Assembly: GCA_013239625.1 (NCBI GenBank)
Contig: MU054338.1
Coordinates: 6,984,724 to 7,048,723 of the forward strand
Length of the DNA: 64,000 bases
From: Lama guanicoe
Lineage: Eukaryota
Direction: 5' to 3'
Made by a program: the position numbers and the translations under genes. The notes under the pieces are model-generated. The model ran no database searches. It was not told where the DNA came from and was given only the letters and a program-made list of their open reading frames with translations. This document shows, one piece after another, positions 13,345 through 29,799 of this stretch. Every line of letters begins with the position of its first letter. Position 1 is the first letter of the stretch.

Positions 13345-13603
13345 TTATTTGTATATTATATTTTCTACATTTTACATTTTTACATTTATTTATACATTTT
13401 TACTTGTATTATTTAATTTTTACTTTTTATGTTTTACATTTATCTATATTTATATTTATATTTCACATTTTTACTTTCTTACATTTTACATTTTTACATT
13501 TTTCTTTATATTATTTATATTTTACATTTTTACTTTTTTATATTTTACATTTTTTACATTTATACATCTTTTATTTATACTTTTTAAATTTATACATTTT
13601 ACT
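13345..13603. repeat. AT-rich low-complexity tandem repeat (TTTTACAT/TTTTATAT units)
   Basis: Degenerate ~8-bp units visible directly. Confidence 0.85.
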
Positions 13604-14861
13604 AATGCACATTCAGTGTGCTGATACCTTCTTTTTGCTGTTTGCGTATATGTTCATGAATGAAATGGTCTTATTATTATCTGGTGCCTCCTTGACTTAC
13701 GGCACTTTTCACTGTCAGCTGTGGGTTTTGGGAATCCTTGATTAGGAATCTGTTATGACCTGGTGGGAGCTGAGTTTTTCTAAAGGTCATGTGCCTGTGC
13801 TCATGTCAGTTCTCTGCTTGAGATGTCTGGTATTGTGAATTTGGCCTGAGACCCATGGGAAGTGGACTTGTACGTGCAAATTCCACCAGTAACCCAGCAC
13901 CAAGACCAAGGGACACTGGTCTGCCTCCCGGTCCTCCTTCAGCAAGCATTCAAGCCAGGGGAGGGCTGGACAGGTGTGTGGAAGGCTGCCTGCAGCCAGA
14001 TGCGGGAGGGTCTTCCCTGTGGAGAATGGAGGAGGTATTCTAGAAGTTCTTAAGTTCTTAAAGGACAGGGCATAATCAGATCTGTGGGCTTTCTCCTTCC
14101 CCAAGAGAATTCTGTCCCCCTCGTGGAGCATTGCTAACTATTAGGCATAGAGACACAAGGGAGCCTAGGAATCAGTCTGAAAAACACTGGACCACCAGGT
14201 GCTGAGGGTAGGCGGCTGCCTGAACCTGGAGCCTGGATACAACATCCCTAGACGCCCCCTCTCAACCTGTGGCCCGACCACATTTTGAAATTGTTTCCCC
14301 TACCCTGTCGCTCCCACGAGCCTAGGAAGAAGGCCTTGGTATCCCTCTTGCAAAAAAAATCCCTCTGCTCGATCAAGCCTCTCTCTGGAGGAGCATGCCT
14401 TGTGGGCGTGACCCTGCCCCAAGAGGAAATTCTCTTTACTTTCCAGAATCTTCCAGCCGACAGCCCCCTCCTCTTTTGCCAAGAAGTGGGACGAGAATGG
14501 TCAGAGGGGTAGACGCCCCCTCAACCTGTGCTCCTGAGTTCACTAGTGCCTGAGCTTTCTATGGTGTGTGCCCCTTTTAACTTGATGGGAAAATGTGCTA
14601 TTTGTTAAATATGTGAGATGTGCTATATATGTATATATATGTATAAAGTATCTATATGTATATATACACATACATACACATACTAATTTTCATATGTTAT
14701 ACAAAATATATATATTTGTCCCTGCAAAATCTTCCCTTGAACAAACTGGCTCCTCCTTAATCTTTCCCTCACAAGTAATGGCCATCACTTATCCAGTTTA
14801 TTAGTATTGTCAGAAGAGACTTGCTGTAGGCAGAACATGCCCACCCTAGGGTCAGGCACTT

Positions 14862-15093
14862 TTTAAAAATATATTTTTATTTTTTATTATTTTTAAAATT
14901 TGCATTCTTTTTATTGAAGTATCATCAGTTTACAATGTTGTGTCAATTTCTGATGTACAGCATGATGTTTCATTCATAAATGTACATACATATTTATTTT
15001 TTACTGTTAAAGGAGGTACGGGGGATCCAACCCGGGACCTCCTGCATGCTAAGCATGCGCTCTTACCACTGAGCTATACCTAACCCCCCACAA
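14862..15093 (-). mobile_element. SINE plus L1 3' end composite within one TSD pair
   Basis: TCAGGCACTT at 14852-14861 and 15094-15103 flanks an L1 3' tail (14862-14995) and a SINE (14996-15089). Confidence 0.7.
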
Positions 15094-16501
15094 TCAGGCA
15101 CTTCTTTGATAGGAAGAAGTAAAACCTGGCTGGGAAGTGGGATGCTGAGTGAGGCATAGGGTAGTTTGTCAGGGAAGACCGCCAGTTTCCAACCTCAAGT
15201 TTGGGCCAATACTCAGTAGCCCGGGGCGTGGAGGTGGGGTGGCGGCGGGGGTGGGGGAGTGAGGAGAGAAGGGCGACTATAGAGTTTGGTGAAGTTTCAT
15301 CCAGGTGGTTCAGAGGGGACAGGCAGTTCAGCTACTCATGCAGGAAACAAATATTAGGGATTTGGACCGTCTCTGCTTGGCCTTGTCGTAGGTAAACAAA
15401 GGGGTCCCCATGGGTCCTACCTAAGTTGCGTGAGGATGGGTGTTTTGCTGTAGTTGGCCGTTTCCTGGGGCGCAAAGTCTTGGGGGGATTTCTTACCCAT
15501 TACTCTTTTCGAGGACCACAGGGCTCAGGTGTGAAGTTCAACGTTGTCTGTATGAAAACTGGATCCTTCTTGGTTTCTCTACCCCTTTTCATGGCTGCAT
15601 GTCCCGCCATCCTCCCTTCCACCCCAGTCAAATTCCCTGGCAAATCCTTTGATGTTTCCTCCGATATGTAGACCATGCTAACCACTTGGAACCATCTCTG
15701 CTGCTCCTGGCCTCTTCCAGGGCCTCCTGGGCCCTGCTGCCGCCCCTCACCAGCCCCCTGCTTCTGTCCTCACCCTCCCCAGTTCTGCCTGTGAACAGCA
15801 GCCAATATGAGCTTTAAAAATGTAAACAGAAACAGAACACTCTTCTGCTGAGCCAGTCCCAAGGTGAAACTCCAGGTGCTCCTTTGCCCTGCTCTTGACC
15901 CAGACCCTGGTCTCTTTGCACCCCTCCTCCTCCCACTTTCCACCCCAGTCACCAGGCTCCCGCCCCGCCCACGTGGGCCTTCTTCCCCCGTGAGCACCTT
16001 CCCCGAGCTAGATTGTGCCCTGGCCACTATTTTCCTGAGACCCTTTTCCTCCAGGGCTTCCAAAGGCCAGGACAAGGTGGGAGTGGAACCTCAGGAGCCC
16101 CCAAGTCTGCTTGCATCAGCGTCGGCACCTTTTAGGGTTTGAGATATTGAGGGGGTAATATTAACATTACTCCTTGTTTTTAAGTTATAAACTTGGGCAG
16201 TTGCAAAACTGTTCTGAAGCTTGGGTACCCTGAACAGTCACAGGAGTTGACAGCCTTCCACACGGGCAGCAAGGCCCACAGGCCCTCTTTCTGGTTGTGA
16301 GAGAGACGGGACCTCCCTGGCCTTTTAGGAAATCTGCCTGTGGGCGAGTGGGCTTGTGTTTTGCTTCCGTGCAAGGTTGTGAGTCATGGGAGGCAGCCTC
16401 CAGGCTTGTGCGCGTGGAGCCTAGGCATGGCCTGTCTCACGGCTCCTCTCTTGTCCTCTAGCTGTGCCAGCTCAAGACCCAACCTGTCTCCAGAGGGGAA
16501 C

Positions 16502-19907
<3,406 letters not shown>

Positions 19908-20531
19908 CCGTACGAAGACTGTGGGAGAACTTCCCAGGAGTCACCCAGCACGTAGGAAGCATGTGGGAACTCACAGGGAAGACAAGTCCCAGGAGTAGAG
20001 ACACAGGAAAGCCTCATCTGTCTGACATGAGACCAACTCTGTGACCTCTGCATTGTAGGAGGCCTCCTGCTGGGGCTTAAAGCTGCTGCACCAGGAAACT
20101 CGGAGTGGCAAAGAAGACATTAAGAATGTAGGATTGCTTTTATCAGGGTTCTACCCTGAAGGTGGAAATCTAGCTCCTTAATTTTCAGTCGGCATTTTTG
20201 AATATAAGCATTTAAGGCCATAGATTTCCCTCCAAGTACGCCATTAGGCTGCATTACATGGGTTAAGATTTTTAAGGTTTTAGTTTAGTTCTAAATATTG
20301 TCTGATATCTGTTAGATGTATTTTAACTTACAGAGTCAGCTTTACTGTTGAAGGCTTTCAAAACACGACTTCATGTGGATTTCAATGTCTGTCTTTGTTT
20401 GGTGGGATGCCCTGTGGTTCCTCAGGATGTGGTCTCCCTTGCTGGCAACAAACTGGTAAACCTGACTCTGTCAGACTGTTAGGTTTTGTCCCTGGTTGTC
20501 CTTGGCTGATTGTGTTGGGGCTTAATTTAAA

Positions 20532-20619
20532 ATTTTTTTTCAGTCAGGGTAACTGGGGATTGAACCCAGGACTCGTGCATGTGAGGCACGTGCTCTCCCG
20601 CCGAGCTGCACCCTCCCCC
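20532..20619 (-). mobile_element. Camelid SINE
   Basis: ctggggattgaacccaggac..gagctgcaccctcccc. Confidence 0.8.
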
Positions 20620-21590
20620 TGGCTCATTGTGTTGGGACAACAACGTGTAGTCATAAGTACGTTCTACTCTCTCATCTTCTAAAATATCTGTCTAAAAATA
20701 TCTTCTAAAATACTTTCCTATCCATTGTTGATTTTTATATGTGGTGTCAGGAGGGCCCCGACTTAATTGTTTCCCTGGCAGATAACCAATTTTCCTAGAA
20801 CTCTGATCAGACAGCCAGGTCCCATAAGTTGCTTGTGTGCATGTTTTTGTGTTTCTGGGCCTTCCATTCAGTAATCCTGCGTCAACACAGCACCATCTTT
20901 AATACTTATATGCCTTATTTTCTTTTTAGTACCCGAGAGGCACGTTCCTACAACTTGTTCTTCTTCAAGCGTGACTTGTCTCTTCTGTGCCTTTTATTTC
21001 TCCGTATTGGTTTAACAATAAGCTTGCAGAGTTCCACAGAAAAAAAAAATCATTGTAGTATCATGTCTAGAATCGCATTGCATCAGTATCGGTAGAGTCA
21101 ACATCTTTGTCATTAAATCTTTCAGGCTGTGAGCTCAGTACCTGCATTGATTGAGGCATTCTTTAATGTCTTTCTGTAAAGTTTTATGTATTTTTCTGTG
21201 GAGGTCTGGCACATATCAGATGTCTTCCTAGGCACTTCATTTTTTTCATAATTTTAAAAAAGTATCCTGAATGCTAATATATTAAAAATATATTTTTCCT
21301 TGTAGACATATATTTCTAATGTTTTTGAGTGCTGGAGATAATGTATATTAAAAATCCTACTAAATTTTGTTGAACATTTCCAAACAGATTCATAAACATA
21401 GTACTTTCCTTTTCAATGGGTAGCACTTTGAAAAGACAGGCTACAATGAGGCAACATAATGAATCAACATTAATTCAAAATCTTTACATCTTTAATCACA
21501 TAATTTATGTTCAAAGTCAGTAGATGAACTCCATGAAATGGAAGTCTGCTGATTGTGAATCAAAGATTTTATCGTTAAATATATCTGTTC

Positions 21591-21688
21591 TTTTTTTTCT
21601 TCTTCTTTATTTTTTTTAATGGAGGTACTGGGGATTGAACCCAGGACCTCCTGCATTGCTCTACCACTGAGCTATTCCCACTGCCCCC
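21591..21688 (-). mobile_element. Camelid SINE
   Basis: Reverse SINE body flanked by ATCTGTTCTTTTT duplications. Confidence 0.8.
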
Positions 21689-22359
21689 ATCTGTTCTTTT
21701 TATATTCCCTATCTCCAAGACCCAAAACGAAATCTTTAAATATATTTTTTTCATTTTGGCAATTGTTTCTTTGAATATCTCTCTTTAAAACTATGTTTAA
21801 TTTTATAATTCTGTCTCAAAACTTAATTTGCACATAAAGTGCACCATTTTAAATGTACAGGTTGATGAGATTTGACAAGTGTATACACCCCTATAATCAC
21901 CACCTGCATCAGGATAGAAAACGTTTCCATCACCCAGTGTTTCCATAACGTTGATTTTGCCCCACGTTGACAGAGCTGTAAACTGTGGAAATGGAAATGC
22001 TTTTGTCTTGCATGACAGAAGTAGCAATTTGACAGGAAAAGAAAACAAACCTGACATGAAGCCCGGGCAGTTGTTTAACCCGAGTAAACATCCCTGTAAG
22101 GATGTAGGCTTCTTTTTTTCCCCCTCTTCATGCCTGGCCACGTCCACGTGACCTGGTAGGTCAGTGGACTTCCCGGTGCTCTGTACAGGAGCTTTGTACA
22201 CAGCTATAAACGCAAAGCAGTTGCATTGGGGTTAATTTGCAGAACAGATTTAATGTTCTAGGTCAAGTTAGCCTGATATGTTTCTTTCTATTCTTAGCCC
22301 TCCAAAACTGTAGTTTAGCTCTTTGTATTTTGTTCACATTTCTAAACCTACCATTTAAG

Positions 22360-22540
22360 ACGGGTCTGCGAGCTTTTTTGGAAAATGGACAGATAGTAAA
22401 GATTTCAGGCTCAGTGGGGCAGATGGTCTCTGTTGCAACTACTCAGCCCTGCCACGTGGCACAAAGTGGCCCCAGAAAGTAGACAGAGGGTGTGGCTGTG
22501 CACCAATAAAACTGTTTATAGAAACAGAAGTTGGGCTGGC
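22360..22540. mobile_element. MER58-like hAT MITE
   Basis: cagatagtaaa..ggtctctgttgcaactactcagc..gtggctgtg..ccaataaaact motifs. Confidence 0.65.
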
Positions 22541-23221
22541 TAATACTTGTCTTAAGGTGAAGAGTTTGCATTAAGAAAGTTGAGAGGCTCATGTTTTCCA
22601 AAAGCACTTCGCCTCATTGGTTTGTTTATTAAAAAAAAAATTGCACAACTTCGACATGTAGACACTGGATCTTCAATACTGGAAAAAAACCTATTGACAA
22701 ATATGGATCTTGAGAGAAAAGGGGGACCAGGAAATGCAGCTTCCAAAGTTCAGGGAGCATACATTGCTGGTGGGAACCTAAAATGATGTGGGGTCATGTT
22801 GAAAACTGATTGTTTCTTAAAACATGTACATTTACCGTTTGACCCCAAGAGAAATAAAAAGATACGTCCACGCAAAGACTTGCACACAAATGTTCATAAC
22901 ATGCGACAACATGGATGAACCTTGCTCAGTGAATGAAGTCAGTCACAAAGGACCACATACAGTCTGATCCCATTTCTCCAAAGTATCCAGAATGGGCAAA
23001 GGGAGACACAGAAAGTAGTTTAGTGTTTGCCTGGGCTGCTGGTGGGGGGGACCCCATTAACTATGAACAGACCTGTGGGATCTTACCGGGTTGACAGAAA
23101 AGGTCTAAAACCGGTTCATGCTCATAGTTGTAAAACTCAGTAAGTTAATGAAAAATCACTTGACCTGTACATTTAAAATGGGTTGAGTTTTACAGTGTGT
23201 AAGTTACAGCTCACCAAAGCT

Positions 23222-23712
23222 CTTATGAAAGGTGCTTCCATTGTGCACCCATGTTGATAACGTAGCTGCAGCCTCCATCCCCAGGGGTGGGAGATACTCA
23301 TGATACTCAGTTTTGAAGTCATCCTTGCAGTTGTGGCGTTCCTTGTAGAGGGAGATAACTGTATATTTTGTCAAAGGCTAGAGTTCAGCTAATGAATCCT
23401 TTTTGCAGTGAATGAATGAGCTAAGGAATGTGACACTCCTTAACTCGTTTATCAGGGTTCAGGTGGGGTGTTTATCTTGGCGAGGTCTTCTCTTTCAGGG
23501 TCTTCCTCCTCTTCATACAGTTTCAGCGCCACACTTTTTAATTCGCTTCTCCTCCAGTGTCCTCAAGCAGTCTTTTTGGACTTTTTGGGAGACATCGAAG
23601 AGTTTCCTTTTACAGGTTTCGGATACTTCAACCTAAATCAGGGTGTAAGATTTCTGGAGAAGGCCTAGAGGTATACACATCCTGTTGGTCCTCACAGATA
23701 ATGTTCTATGCA
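23222..23712 (-). pseudogene. ELL2: ELL2 processed pseudogene fragment (C-terminal region)
   Basis: Minus-strand translation with stops and frameshifts: ICEDQQDVYTSRPS..LKYPKPVKGNSSMSPKKSKK..LTKYTVISLYKERHNCKDDFKTEYHEY, matching recalled ELL2 IYEDQQDKYTSRTS..LKCPKPMEENHSMSHKKSKK..LIKYIAIVSYEQRQNYKDDFNAEYDEY. Confidence 0.8.
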
Positions 23713-25229
23713 TGTTGAGTTTGCTTGTAGCACATTGGCTACACTCTTACTCTAATAACGGATGCATAGGTCTTTGGAGGATTTCTACAGATAATCGTAT
23801 CTACAAGTACAGACAGATTTGATTTGCTCCTTTTTCAGTCCTTACAACTTTCCTGTACTTCCGTTGCCTGTCTCTGGCTGAGGCTTGAGCCATATTGACT
23901 AGAAGTGGTCCCATCTTAAAGTGCCCTTTAAGATGAAGATGCCCTTCATCTTAAAGGGCATCCTTTTCACATTTTCTCTTTTAAGTGTGGTGTCTGCTGT
24001 CACGTTTTTGTAGGTACCTTTTTCAGGATAAGAAAGCTCCCTTCTTTCCTAGGGTGTTAGTGTTCTCGCTCCTGAACAGATGTTGCCTTTTTATCAAATG
24101 TCTGTTCTGCATCTCCTGAGATGATAATAGTTGTTCACTGATGTATTTCTGAACCCCACCCTAGAACAATGGTAGAACCCACAATAGGCACTTAATTAGT
24201 ATTTGTTGAATGAATGAATGAATGAATACATGTGACTTTTTTTTTAACATGTTTGTCTGGTGAATTACTTGAATTGATTTTCCACTGTGATACTAGCCTT
24301 GCGTTCCTGGGTAGCTTGGCCATCACATAACTATTACACGTCATTGTTCCTAGTTTGCTAGGTAGGGTTTTTGCATCTCCGAGTGAGATTGGCCTGCAGT
24401 CATCCTCTGTCATCCTGTTCCTTTGTGGTTGGGATATGCTAGCCTCAAAAATTAGTTGGGGGAATTCCCCCGAAGTCCCTGCCTTCGCTTAGATGAATCA
24501 GTGTCAACATTTTTTGATAGTTGTTTTATGTTTTTCTTGTGCAGAACTTTCTTTTATGGATGAGCCATTACAAACACAAGACTTCTTTAGCATTTGGCAT
24601 GAGAACAAGGACATTGTCAGGGACTGAAAGATGTGAGAATTTTCCCTAATCCCAAGCTAACAAGTTAGCCTGCCACAGTTTGTTGGATGTCGGCCAAAGA
24701 CACCAGACTTTGGGGTCAGAGACCTAGGACTTCATGACAGTGCAGCAAGCAGCATCTTCATGCTTCTGTCAATTCCCCTGGACCCCCAAGTTCCACAGGG
24801 GTGGCGTGAGGCAGCCCACGTGGCTGCTGCATGTGCAGTGGGTTTGTGCCACAGCTGAGGAGCCCCCCGCTTTCCTAATGAGCTGCGTGGTCTTTGCCCT
24901 TGAGGGGAGACATTTTCTTACAATGGTCAAACCTAGAAACCATCCTGTCCTCTGCTCTGAGGATGTCTGCTGTATAAACATCCTCAAAGACATGGTCCAG
25001 GACAGAGTAACAGATGTGGAAACACGAGCTACCCGAGGAGAAATGTCTACTGACAGACATTTTCCTCTTTTAATAAAAATATGGTTGATCCCCTCATGAA
25101 ATTTAACATGAAGTGTGTTATCAGCACACAACCTATATTCAAATTTCTCCCCACAAATGTCCTTTGTTAAGGATTCAAAATTTAGTTTTTAAAATTAATT
25201 TTTTAAACTCTTGTTTCTGAAGCCCTGGG

Positions 25230-25530
25230 GAAACAGACACTTAAAGAGAGCCTTCTGACAAGTCACTTTATTTAATTTCGAAGAGTCAGATGGGACAGGA
25301 AGTCTCTCCCTGCACAGGAAACTGTCATTTGTTTCCCCCACAGGAAAAGTTGCGAAAGCCTTCACAAGCACTCATCCTTGTGTGACCCACACGGGGGCGC
25401 ACAGGAGAGTCTGGTTAGTGTAGTGACTGTGGAGGGCCCGCAGGTGTGAATCAGCACGAGAGAACTCGTTCCGAGCGGGAGGCCACGCCACTGTTGGGAA
25501 CGTGGATTTGCCTTTATGCTGCGTTCTTCG
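25230..25530 (+). pseudogene. Decayed C2H2 zinc-finger relics
   Basis: gaaagccttcac..cactcatcct..cacacggggg; tgtagtgactgtgga (CSDCG); cagcacgagagaact (QHERT). Confidence 0.55.
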
Positions 25531-28500
25531 GGCAGACCCCCAGCTCATTAATTTCTTTGTTTTTTTCTTCCCTCATATAAATACTCAAAGCCACACATAC
25601 CACTCTGAATGCCCTTTCAGCTCCTGAACCAGTTGTGATTGGTCATCATTTTCCTTATTACGGCTCAGGTCTCAGTAGTGTCGTATTTTCCATTTTGACG
25701 ACATCTTGGACTCCTGGGTTATTTGGGGAATATGTTTTCCAGAAGCCGCCCTGGGGGCTCTCGGTTGTCTTGCTTTTCATTTTCAAGCTAGATATTTGTG
25801 GTCAGAGTTGATCTGTAGGCGATCGATTCCTTGGCACATGTTGGGACTTTGATGGCCCAGCAATGCAGACACTGCTGGCTGCCTCTTCCATTCTCCTTCT
25901 CATCTTACTCTCAGAACCTGGAATTTGCTTAACTTGGTAAGGTTTGCAGTAAAACAAAAACCAAAAAACCCAGCTCTCTCTGTCTATTTTGAAGGGATGT
26001 CCCACAGCCTTGGTGCACGGCTGGCAGGCAGAGCCACTGGTGAGGCTTCTGGGAAAGCTTTTGAAAGGGGACAGTCCCAGGCTTGTAATCTTCACTTTTT
26101 GTCCTTGGTCCTTCCTCCTCCTTTCTGCCTGGAGACTAGATACAGTGCTTGGAGTTGGAAGGAGGTCACCTTGTGGCAAGTAGGCAGAAGCCACAGGCAG
26201 AGATGGCACAGCCAGCACACTAGGCTCCTTGCTCCTGAGTGGCTTCTCTTGAGTGGCTGTACCAGCCCTAAATGGCTTACATCTGGACTCATGGAACATG
26301 AGAAATGTTTTTATTTTTATTTTTTAAATTTTCTTCTTTTTCTTTTTAAACATTTTTTATTGATTTATAATCATTTTACAATGTTGTGTCAAATTAGAAA
26401 TGTTCTTTTTTAAAAAGTCCTCATTGTAGTTTCATGGTGGGGGAGCTATCAGGAATTTAAAAAAAAACTACCGTCAGGAAATACTGATCACTCCCCACTG
26501 AGTACAGTTTCTGCTGATGTGGCGGCCACGAGAGCCTGCCCCCTGGGGAACCAGCAAGGGGGCTTAGTTTCCTGGTGGCCCTGGGTGCCGAGCCTCCTGG
26601 AACCCGCTAGGGTTGGGCTAAGACCACTCAGCACATTACTCAGCACAGCCGGGAGTGACGGTGAGAGCCCATTCCTGCAGGTTATAGGGCTCTTCTACCG
26701 ATGGCCGTGGTTCAAGAACCCCCCACTGGCCGGGCCCAAACTTGGCTAGACTGTGCTGAGGTCTGACTCTCCCTCCCCAGCCCCTCTTCCTTCCTTCTGA
26801 CTGGATTTGACAGTAAATGTCAAGATATCAATGGGAGTCATTGATAACCTTGTCAAAGCTGATTGTGTGATATACTGTCCACAAAAGCCTGATTGAACTG
26901 GGTTCAGGAGAAACTAGGAGAAAAATGGAAGAGAGTAAGGAGCCAGATTTCATTGAAGGTCAGTTTTGTCTGGTATTATTAATAAAGCCATGCCAGTTTA
27001 CTTTTGTTAGTATCCGTCTGTTATATATTTCTCCCTCCTTCTCATTTAAACCTCCTGTGTACTTAAGACGTGTCTCTTGTAAATAGGATGTAGCTGGATC
27101 CCCACCCCTACCCCCCCACCCCAAATCCAATATGAAAATGTCTTTCAATCTGTAAACCCATCTAGTTTCTTCTTGTGATTCTTAATATACTGGATTAATT
27201 TCTACCACCTTAATAGTTATGGTTTCTGTTCTGCATTTTTTTAAAAAATTGGAAATAGAAGATTTGATGAACATGTATACATACAGTTAAAAAAAAACAA
27301 TAAATGTGTACCCAACAACCAAGCCGAGAGATAGAAGATTGCTCTACCTCAGGAGACCCAGGTATGGGACTGTCATGATTATTCTCAACATGAAATAACT
27401 ATTGCGATTTTTTAATTTATCAATTCCTTGCATAACATACTGTCAAGGGTTGGGGGAAGGCTAGCATGAGGGTCTGTTTGTGGTGATGGAGCAGTTCTGC
27501 ATTCTGATCTGGGAATGGTTACTCAAACCTACCATACTTGTGATAAAATGTCATAGAACTTACTAATTACTTATATATTATCCATAGAACTATATTATCT
27601 GTCCCTCACCAAGAAAAAACAAACCACAATGCAAGGAACAATGAGTGAAATCCAGATAAGCTAATCATACTACAGCGCTGTGCTTGAGTTAATCATACTA
27701 TAGCGATGTCAGCATTCTTATTTTGATAACGTACTATGGTTGTGTAAGATATTGTCATTGGGGGAAGCTGGGTGATGAGTACATGGGAACTCAGTGCTAT
27801 TTTTGCAACTTCTGGTGATTCTTAAATTATTCAAAAAAAAGTTACTAAGAATCAAGAAAAGAAAGACACTATATAAATGAATAGCATGTTTATACATTTC
27901 TACTTTTGCTCACAGTTTTGAGATTTATTTATGTCACATGTAGCTGTAGTTAGTTTACTTCATTGCTGCATAAGGGTCTTTTGTATGAATATACCACAAC
28001 TTATTTATCCAGTCTACAGTGGATGGGCCTCCCTGGGTTGTCTGCAGCTTTTATCCCTTACGAATAATGCTGCCATAGACCCTTGAACATCTCCCATTGC
28101 ATGTATGCAGTAGTTACTCTAAAAATGAACTCACTGGGTGTACAGTCTTTATGTTCAAATTTGCTCTGTATTTTACATGAAATATATCTCATTGTCTTAA
28201 TTTGCATTTTGCTGATTACTCATAAGAATGGGCATCTCTTTATAATTATAGGGTAGTTTTGAGTTTCCCCTTGGGAATTACCTTGACATGTGTTTGCTAA
28301 TTTTTCCTCTGTCTCTTATTCATTTCCCTATGATATTCTGGAGTGTGTTATCTTTGATACCAATTCTTTTTTGGGTTGTAAATATCCCTCTCTCTTTATG
28401 GTGTCTTGAACGGACAGTGATTCTGCATTTTTGGTCTAGTCAAATTTATTAGCCTTTTCCTTTTATGGGATGAGTTTTTGTGTCTCATTTAAGAAATCCT

Positions 28501-28689
28501 TCCCCAATTCTTGATTCTAAATATGTTTGGCTTTCTTATCTTCTTCAGCTCTTAATATTTGGTTTTACGTTTAAGGTCTCAGTCAGCCTGAAATTGATTT
28601 TCGTTTGTGACAGAGTATGGCAAGTTTATTGATAATGGTTTCAGTTGACAGTGCAACTAGTCTTTAAGAAATAAATGACCCCTTGTGAA

Positions 28690-29040
28690 TTCTGGTGCAG
28701 TATCAAGATTATTCACAATTATATGAAGAGGCTGTAAAAATACTCCTTTGTTTTCCATCTGTGTATCTGTGTGTAGCTGAATTTCTTCATATACATCAAT
28801 CAAAACAACATATCACAACAGACTGACTGAAAAAGCAGATACGACAATCCAGCTGTTAATCTGTTAAGTAGATGTTAAGAGATATGCAAAAATGTAAAAT
28901 AATGCCACTGTTCTAAATTTTTTGCTTTGGAAAATATACTACTTTAGAAAAATATTACTTATGTTTACATGTAATGGCTTGTTATTTTTAACAGATGAGT
29001 AATAATATTTTTAAAAACTCAGTTTTAACAGTATTATTGA
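28690..29040. mobile_element. Charlie-type hAT DNA transposon fragment
   Basis: aaaatactcct..tatctgtgtg..catatacatcaa..aaacaacatatcacaacagactga..agcagatacgacaatccagctg. Confidence 0.6.
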
Positions 29041-29617
29041 CATGCAACACTGTTTAAAAAGATTTTAGCAGAGCCTTATGGCATTTTATAGAAATGAGAG
29101 AAACTTATTTCAAAAGAATGGGTAAAGAGATCAAAACATGATTGTATGTCTAAGAATCAACTGAAAAATACTATAACTCATAAATAAAATAAGAATGTTA
29201 TATAAAAACACAGATTTTTTTTTATTTAACATAATCTCTCTTTCTTCCTATCAGTCAATCAATCATATTAGTTTGGGTAACTGGCTGTTGAAACAGATAA
29301 GCCCGGAAGTTGAGTGGTAGCATTACAGATGGTGGTATGTGGATGAATTAGAAATATATTTTGTGAATTCTTTATATACTCTGAATGTAGAACGGACAGG
29401 ATTTTGTGGTAGAGCGCTATGAGAAAAAAAAAAGATGACACCAAGGATTTTGGCTTGAGCAACTGCAATAATGAAACTGTCATTTATTGAGATGGGGTAA
29501 GACTGAGCAGGAACAAATGTTGGGGAGGATCATGAATTAGTTTTGAGCATCTCAAAATTAGCTTTGTAAATATGTGTACATCATTGCATAGGGCCTAAGA
29601 AACAAGAAGGCAGGTGT

Positions 29618-29757
29618 TGGGGGTGGTACAGCTTAGTGGAAGAGCGTATGCTTAGAAAGCAAAAGGTCCTAGGTTCAATCCCAAGTACCTCCACTAAAAA
29701 GACAAAAACAAACAAAAGCATAACATTAAAAACAAGAAGAAGAAGAAAACGAAAAAA
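29618..29757 (+). mobile_element. Camelid SINE
   Basis: Diverged SINE body plus A-rich tail just upstream of the CpG island. Confidence 0.75.
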
Positions 29758-29799
29758 AGCCTGTAGAAAAGCATCTGATAAGCTTCCAGAGTCAGCACA

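Larger units (their letters stand above)
21250..22745 (-). pseudogene. Probable ELL2 retrocopy 3'UTR part (interrupted by SINE, L1 and MER58)
   Basis: Non-repeat AT-rich text downstream (minus strand) of the ELL2-like coding relic; 22545-22745 resembles my recall of the ELL2 3'UTR; includes a miR-30 complementary site at 22084-22094. Confidence 0.4.

Noticed and set aside
13349..13745. Hydrophobic F/Y/I-rich ORFs resembling membrane proteins
   Set aside because: Translation of an AT-rich simple repeat.
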